DNA from: a virus
Virus record (IMG/VR): IMGVR_UViG_3300019757_000164
Span: 60,855-124,854 of that record
Reading direction: 5' to 3' (one strand)
DNA length: 64,000 nucleotides
In this document: in pieces, positions 58,045 to 64,000 of the stretch
Numbering within the stretch: the first letter of the stretch is position 1
Layout: each line of letters starts with the position of its first letter
Position numbers and translations under genes: made by a program
Notes under the pieces: generated by a model
The model's input: only the letters and a program-made list of their open reading frames with translations
What the model was told of the DNA's origin: nothing
The model's database searches: none

Positions 58045-60435
58045 ATGTCAACACCAACTACAAATTATAATTTACCTAAACCACAGTTGACAGATGATAA
58101 ATCACAGACAATAGGCATTGATATACCAAATGCATTTACTATAATAGACAATCAAATGAGGGAAAATGAAGATAAAGGAAATGATAATGGGAGCAATTTT
58201 AGTGACCACATAGCTACTTCTAAAGTAGATGCCCATACAACAAATAATTCAAAGAACTTATCACAGAATACTGGCTCCAACTTAACACAAGCCTTGGATG
58301 GTATGAAGTCAAGAATTGATAGTCTTTCTGCTGGTTCTGGATTAGACCAAGAACTAGGTGTGTATAAATCGGCAGACAACACAAATACCAATGATTACGA
58401 AACAACTTTAACTGGAGTTACTTTGGTAGATGGCTTCAGATTAAATTTAGAAACTGCTAACCCAAACACTGGAGCTTCAACACTTAATTTAAATGGTGGT
58501 GGAGTAAAAGATATCATATGGCTAGGTGGAAATGTAGAATATGCATTAACGACTGGTATGATGGATGGTGTAAACGAACTTCAATGGGATACCGGTAGAG
58601 ACAAATGGAAGCTACTAACTAGAGATGGAGTTAAAACCTCAAATCTAATCACCCAACAACAACCAATCACCCAAGTAGGTGGTGACACATACAAAGACTT
58701 GGTAGTCGATGGGTTCAATGAAATTGTGGTTGATGGTCAATCGTGGGTTAATTTAGCTGATAACGGTGTTGATTATGTTAATCATGTTATTGCTGGTGCC
58801 GGAACAACTAAGGGTGCTGATGGTATACATTTAGTACAAGCTGGTGGCTCAGAATACGATAGATTGCCAATAGTATTATCAAACTCGAAGCAATACACGC
58901 TAATATATTTAGTTACTGACGATACGGGTTCGGCTACTTTAGCACTAACAGGCGATGGCACTGTAATAGATTCTGATATAGCATTAAATAAAAATAAAGG
59001 ATTAAGAAAACAATTATTTACAACGTCTGCAACAGTAACTGGAACATATTTAGAACTAAGAAAAACAAGCGGAGTTAGTGGTGACTATACAGACTACGAA
59101 ATACTTGCAATCCTAGAAGGAGACCAAACATTAGACACATCAATACAATCTGAATTAGATTTAGGCATCAACAACGTTAACGGTGATATGTCGGTTGTGG
59201 GTAAGAATAAGTTTGATAAGAATAGCGACGAGATTGTTTACGGAGAAAGAATAAGTCAAGGATCTTTATCAAACGTTGTTGACAAATCGCTATTTAGAAC
59301 AAAACAAAGAATACAGCCTAACAAAACGTATAAATTTAGTGGTTTTACACCGCCCGAATTCAGGTACAGACTAACAGACTTTAGTGGTGCGTACATACAA
59401 GGTAGTTTTAATTCTAGCGACGTTTTAACACCTAGTAACGCTTACTATATCGAATATTCTTCAAGCATATTGGACAAAGATACTTTACAACTTGAACTAG
59501 GCACAACAGCCACAGATTATAAAGCATACAATAAAACAACCATTTCATTGCCTGAAGATTTGAAATCATTACCTAATGACGTTGTAGATACTTACAATGT
59601 TAATACTGGTGAGGTTGTTAGGAATGCTTTTCCTATTGACAAGTCAGCTGAAGTATTTGATGGTACTGAAGCGTGGGGAAGTTATACAAACGGAAATGGT
59701 TCTAATTCGGACTTATCAAAGATTTCATTATCAGGTTTTGTAACTGATAACAATTTAATAGATGGACAAGGTTTAGGTATTGACGATTATGCAATTGGTT
59801 ATGATGGTCTTGGAACTTATAGGGCTGTTAGCGTGTCATCAGCATTATTAACCGAGAATGGAATATTAAACTTTAGTGGCGCATTATTGATTTATGTTCC
59901 TACAACCGAACTACCATCTGATGATTTAGCTGGATTCAAATCATATTTGGGAACTAACAATCTTAATTTGATTTGCCAACTAGATGAACCAATCCAAGAA
60001 CAACACGAATCTCAACAATTCCTGTTAACTAAAGGTGGAACTATCGAGCAAACAAGTGCTGTAGTAGGTGAAGTTGAGTATACGGTTAATCTGAATCAAC
60101 CAGCACAAGTGAACTCTAACAGTGAAGCTATCAGTAGATTAGGAAATGAAATTGACGCTGTAGCTGATTATATCGGAACAGTTAAACTTGACACAGGAAC
60201 TGCTGATAATATCGTTGTAGGGCTAGAATATGAACCACTGACTAATGATTTATTTACTATTGTTGTAGCTAATGCTAACACAGGGGCTTGCACAATTAAA
60301 ATCAATGAAAATGATGCAATTCCACTTGAAAAAATAGTCGCTGGAACAGAAACGGCTTTAACGGCTAGTGATTTAGTTGCAAATGAAATGTATATGGCTA
60401 GAAAAATAGCTGATAAAGTTTTGGTTAAATTATAG
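58045..60435 (+). CDS. tail fibre / receptor-binding protein
   Basis: MSTPTTNYNLPKP start; NTGASTLN and NTGACTIKIN repeats; GKNKFD...QLELGTTATDY.AY fibre motifs. Confidence 0.8.
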   Translation: MSTPTTNYNLPKPQLTDDKSQTIGIDIPNAFTIIDNQMRENEDKGNDNGSNFSDHIATSKVDAHTTNNSKNLSQNTGSNLTQALDGMKSRIDSLSAGSGLDQELGVYKSADNTNTNDYETTLTGVTLVDGFRLNLETANPNTGASTLNLNGGGVKDIIWLGGNVEYALTTGMMDGVNELQWDTGRDKWKLLTRDGVKTSNLITQQQPITQVGGDTYKDLVVDGFNEIVVDGQSWVNLADNGVDYVNHVIAGAGTTKGADGIHLVQAGGSEYDRLPIVLSNSKQYTLIYLVTDDTGSATLALTGDGTVIDSDIALNKNKGLRKQLFTTSATVTGTYLELRKTSGVSGDYTDYEILAILEGDQTLDTSIQSELDLGINNVNGDMSVVGKNKFDKNSDEIVYGERISQGSLSNVVDKSLFRTKQRIQPNKTYKFSGFTPPEFRYRLTDFSGAYIQGSFNSSDVLTPSNAYYIEYSSSILDKDTLQLELGTTATDYKAYNKTTISLPEDLKSLPNDVVDTYNVNTGEVVRNAFPIDKSAEVFDGTEAWGSYTNGNGSNSDLSKISLSGFVTDNNLIDGQGLGIDDYAIGYDGLGTYRAVSVSSALLTENGILNFSGALLIYVPTTELPSDDLAGFKSYLGTNNLNLICQLDEPIQEQHESQQFLLTKGGTIEQTSAVVGEVEYTVNLNQPAQVNSNSEAISRLGNEIDAVADYIGTVKLDTGTADNIVVGLEYEPLTNDLFTIVVANANTGACTIKINENDAIPLEKIVAGTETALTASDLVANEMYMARKIADKVLVKL

Positions 60436-60479
60436 GGGATTACTCTCCCCTTTTTACATAATAACACAAGGAGGTAGAA

Positions 60480-61373
60480 ATGTTAATAGGAGTAAACTCA
60501 TTTGTGGGAGCAAATTTGCTACAATCGGCAATACCTCCTACTGAATCGGATTTTGACTTTTTTGAAATGTGTGGGTCGTTTGATTTAGATGAATTGAATG
60601 GATTAAATACACTTCTTACTGAGACTGAAATATTCGATCTTGTAACAGAACAAGAGTTTGGAACCCTGACGATGTTCTTAGGTCATTTTGAAGATTCTTT
60701 AAATTTGGGAAACTTTCAACAAGGTGATTTACCAATAACACATTGGAATATATTACGTAGGGAAGTTGGAACAACAAGTTTTACATTGCTTGCAACATTG
60801 CCTAATACTGCTGTTACAAATTATTTAGATATAAGAGCACAATCAGGTCAAGAATATGAATATGCAGTTCAGTCAGTTAGCAATGGAATAAAAGGGCAGT
60901 TATTAATAAGTGAGGAGGTAAGTATGGATTTTTGGGGTTGGAGTTTAACATCACTAGATTATGATGCTGAAACAAGTACCGGAACACAGTACATATTTGA
61001 TGTTGAGATAAATAGTGATTCAATAAATTTAAATAGATCTAGAGCAGAGTTTGACAATTTCTCTAAATATAAGCAGATATCAAGAGGGAAACAAAGTTTT
61101 GATAGTGGTGGATTAACCACATTTCCACTTACTTGTAACAATGATAGTATAATAGAACCTAATAATGCAATATTAAATGAGTTGAAAAATTTTATTGAAA
61201 ATGGCGAAGAAAAGATATTAAAAAACGGAAGTGGTCAACAGTGGTTAGTAGATACTCATACGTTTAATTGGAAATATAGAGATCTATTGACAAATAACTT
61301 TACTGCAAATAAAAATGAACAACCTTACGATGTTAGCTTTGACTGGTTGGAAATAGGCGAGGTGATTGAGTAA
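60480..61373 (+). CDS. baseplate/tail protein with FN3-like domain
   Basis: WNILRRE.G...YLD.....GQEYEYAV; KILKNGSG..WLV; V.FDWLEIG. Confidence 0.7.
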   Translation: MLIGVNSFVGANLLQSAIPPTESDFDFFEMCGSFDLDELNGLNTLLTETEIFDLVTEQEFGTLTMFLGHFEDSLNLGNFQQGDLPITHWNILRREVGTTSFTLLATLPNTAVTNYLDIRAQSGQEYEYAVQSVSNGIKGQLLISEEVSMDFWGWSLTSLDYDAETSTGTQYIFDVEINSDSINLNRSRAEFDNFSKYKQISRGKQSFDSGGLTTFPLTCNNDSIIEPNNAILNELKNFIENGEEKILKNGSGQQWLVDTHTFNWKYRDLLTNNFTANKNEQPYDVSFDWLEIGEVIE

Positions 61374-62518
61374 TGGCTCAATTTGGAGATTATTTAGAAG
61401 ATATAAAAAAATCATTGATACAATATTATTTTAGAGTTACTTTGTTAGACAAGGATGAAAATGAAATAAGAGAACTTACGGATGACATTATAGATGGAAC
61501 TTTAAATATATCATTTCAAAATGGTTCAAGAAGAACTGCAAGTATAAAATTTGTTAACCTAGACAATAAATACACTTTGAGTCCTAATGATGACAAAATA
61601 TGGTTTGATAATAAATTTAAGATAGAAACCGGCATTATAAATGATGGAGTAGAAGTACTATTTCCACAAGGAATCTATGTAATAGGAGAACCTAATCTTT
61701 CTAATAACTACAACTCAGAATCAACGACTACTTTCGAACTGTATGATAAATTTTCATATTTAGATGGAACAATATCTGGAAAATTAGAAAATACAATATA
61801 TATTGAAAAAGGAAAAAATGTTGTAACAGTAATGGAAGAATTATTTCAAATAGCAGATGATGATAGCATACAAATAGCATATGATATAAAACCACTAATA
61901 CCAGAAGCTAATTCATTCACTGCTCCGTATAGTTTTTATGTCGATAAAGGTCAAACCTATTTTGATGCGATGAATGAGTTATGTGAAGCGATAGGGTACA
62001 CTGTTTATTTTGATGAAGAAGGATATCCCAGATTTGAAGCAATTATCAACCCAGAAAATGAACCTCCAGTTGTTACTTTTAAAGAAGATGATATTTTAAA
62101 GTCTAGCTTGAACAGTAGATATGAAGTAAACAAATTGAAGAATTCAATAAGAGTAGAGGGTATTACGTGGGATGATGGTATAACTCATGACGCAAACGCA
62201 GAGCAAACAACAGGCTCTGTTAGTATAAGCAGAATAGGAAGAAGGTCTGAGTTTATTGGAGATGATGTTATTTATAATGATACATTGGCACAACAACGAG
62301 CGAATTATGAATTAGATCAATCAACATCAATTAGTGAAACTTTAAATATATCATTCTTCCCAGTAGACAACCTAGATGTGGGAAGAGTTATACAAGTAAC
62401 AGATAGTAGAATTGGCATATCTGACGGTAGATTCCAAGTGAGACAAATTAATTTACCATTAAGAAAAAACACTCAAGCATCAATAGATGGTCAAAGAACT
62501 ATAGAGATAGGAGTTTGA
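61373..62518 (+). CDS. baseplate hub-like protein (DUF5048-like)
   Basis: GSRRTASI...FPQGIY...YDKF..LDG...YFDEEG...LDV..VI. Confidence 0.7.
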   Translation: MAQFGDYLEDIKKSLIQYYFRVTLLDKDENEIRELTDDIIDGTLNISFQNGSRRTASIKFVNLDNKYTLSPNDDKIWFDNKFKIETGIINDGVEVLFPQGIYVIGEPNLSNNYNSESTTTFELYDKFSYLDGTISGKLENTIYIEKGKNVVTVMEELFQIADDDSIQIAYDIKPLIPEANSFTAPYSFYVDKGQTYFDAMNELCEAIGYTVYFDEEGYPRFEAIINPENEPPVVTFKEDDILKSSLNSRYEVNKLKNSIRVEGITWDDGITHDANAEQTTGSVSISRIGRRSEFIGDDVIYNDTLAQQRANYELDQSTSISETLNISFFPVDNLDVGRVIQVTDSRIGISDGRFQVRQINLPLRKNTQASIDGQRTIEIGV

Positions 62519-62519
62519 T

Positions 62520-62798
62520 ATGGCAACTAATTTCAAACCATATGATGATTTTTATAATTTAATAGATGAACAAATCAAAGGAAAAATTAGAACAACAAAA
62601 CCACGACAATTCAAGCTGGCAACTGTAGTATCAATACAGACAAATACAGCAACTATTCTGTTTGATGGAGACACATCAAATGTGAGTGGAGTAAAAATTC
62701 AAAGTGGTTTGACAATAGCACCATCAGATAGAGTAAAGGTTCAGAATGTAAATATGTCATTACAATTGGAATCCTTTACGATTACAGATAAGTATTAA
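62520..62798 (+). CDS. small tail spike-like OB-fold protein
   Basis: ATVVSI....ATI.FDG...DRVKV, after hub gene. Confidence 0.55.
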   Translation: MATNFKPYDDFYNLIDEQIKGKIRTTKPRQFKLATVVSIQTNTATILFDGDTSNVSGVKIQSGLTIAPSDRVKVQNVNMSLQLESFTITDKY

Positions 62799-62815
62799 AT
62801 CGAAAGGAGGTTTAA

Positions 62816-64000
62816 ATGGCTTTACAAGTAAAAAGTGATATCCCTGAGGAGAGATATTGGGAAGCCAATAGATATGGGGAATTGATTATAAAGATAGGCA
62901 GAACTACAACTGGTGATTTCAATGAGACAAGTACTACTTCTGGTCAAGTGTACGCCGGAACAGGAGGAGAGCAGGAGTTATTACAACAACTCCAAGCAGT
63001 CCTAGAAGTAAATAATATAAGCGCCGATGACTGGAATCAATTACAAAGTGAAATTAATGCGTCTGTAGAAAATCAAATAGGAGAAGTAAAACAAGACGTA
63101 TTAGAAATTAAGGCTAGACTTGAGCAAGAAGATATTTTATCATTTGTAAATCAAACCGGATATGGTGCGTTTTATACATTTGATGATGATGAAGGGATCG
63201 ATACATTAGAAACTACAGCAACTATAAACACATCTGAAGAAGTTGTTTCGTTTAATGAACCGGGATTATACGAAGCAAAATCTGATGGTACCTTTTCTGG
63301 AACAAGAGAAATCAAACTTAAAGAATCGGCGCAAGAGCCAAGAGTAGGAGATAGGCTAGATAGCACTAATGCCATAGTATCGTTAACAGAAAATAGCACA
63401 ACGAATAGTAATTACAAATCAGTTCTACATTTTGATGGAATAGATGGGTCAACAGATTTCCCAGATGAAATAACAAGGGTGTGGTATCCAAGTGGAAGTG
63501 CACAAGTAAATACATCTGCAAAGAAGTTTGGAACGGGTAGCTTACTATTGGACGGAAGTTCTAGTTATATATATACTTTCTCGAACCCCGGAAATATAGG
63601 TGCAAATGATTTTACAATACACTTCTGGGTAAGACCAAATAATTTTGGGGTACAGCAAGCCGTTATGGGGAGATCTACTGTAAATACTGATGGTTGGAAT
63701 CTTAGATTTGAAGCATCAAATATTATAACAATGTACTACAGAGACACTGGCGCAAATGATAATAATATAAATGTAACAACGGCAATACCACAGGATAATC
63801 AATTTCATCATGTGGCAATCAGTAAGGAAGGAAATACAATAAGAACCTTTCTAGATGGAGTATTGGTAACAACCTATTCAGAAACCGACAACATTGATGA
63901 TGCCGATGTACCATTGTGTATAGGAAGAAGAAGAACATCAGACACCACTATCCCTAGCTTTGATGGATGGATAGATGATTTTGTGTTTGTAATCGGTGAA
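62816..64000 (+). CDS. LamG/concanavalin-like tail fibre protein (runs off window end)
   Basis: GAAAGGAGG SD, ATG 62816; LHFDG.DGST...KKFGTGSL..DG...DFTIHFWV...FHHVAI...FLDG...FDGWIDD. Confidence 0.85.
   Translation, partial: MALQVKSDIPEERYWEANRYGELIIKIGRTTTGDFNETSTTSGQVYAGTGGEQELLQQLQAVLEVNNISADDWNQLQSEINASVENQIGEVKQDVLEIKARLEQEDILSFVNQTGYGAFYTFDDDEGIDTLETTATINTSEEVVSFNEPGLYEAKSDGTFSGTREIKLKESAQEPRVGDRLDSTNAIVSLTENSTTNSNYKSVLHFDGIDGSTDFPDEITRVWYPSGSAQVNTSAKKFGTGSLLLDGSSSYIYTFSNPGNIGANDFTIHFWVRPNNFGVQQAVMGRSTVNTDGWNLRFEASNIITMYYRDTGANDNNINVTTAIPQDNQFHHVAISKEGNTIRTFLDGVLVTTYSETDNIDDADVPLCIGRRRTSDTTIPSFDGWIDDFVFVIGE

Larger units (their letters stand above)
1..64000. mobile_element. Segment of a large SPbeta-like siphophage/prophage of a Firmicutes host
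   Basis: YonO-like RNAP followed by terminase-portal-protease/scaffold-capsid-tail tube-tape measure-baseplate order; AGGAGG SD sites and TTGACA/TATAAT-type promoters; no host housekeeping genes. Confidence 0.93.

Noticed and set aside
1-64000. Short ORFs antisense to long genes (e.g. 18025, 19312, 29520, 54148, 60168) and stop-codon reassignment
   Set aside because: They lack SD sites and look like shadow frames; long genes end normally at TAA, TAG and TGA, so the standard code fits

Overview
This window is 64 kb of a large, AT-rich tailed phage or prophage of a Firmicutes host, organised like Bacillus phage SPbeta. 1-17 kb: short early/accessory ORFs in convergent blocks with sigmaA-type promoters, plus an ORF-free repeat-rich stretch at about 5.1-5.9 kb. 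17.5-20.1 kb: YonO-like single-subunit RNA polymerase. 20-64 kb: one long + strand late region (beta-CASP nuclease, phosphoesterase, ClpP, terminase, portal, protease/scaffold, capsid, head-tail, tail tube, tape measure, baseplate/fibres), interrupted by free-standing homing-endonuclease-like genes and an ~11.5 kb accessory insert. Best-supported unusual feature: the tape measure gene is split by four ORF-less group I introns of two alternating types, all after GGT codons in phase 0, and splicing them gives a clean 1230-aa frame. Other candidates: an agr-like peptide/AgrB/kinase-less membrane module; a ~520-nt structured ncRNA next to a tRNA-like RNA whose 3' end is duplicated around an endonuclease gene; a shared junction/pseudoknot leader in front of three endonuclease genes; a 24-bp element repeated in inverted orientation 14.7 kb apart; and a CCC-TGA +1 frameshift in a head-tail gene. 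All family assignments and RNA folds were made by eye; no searches or folding programs were run.
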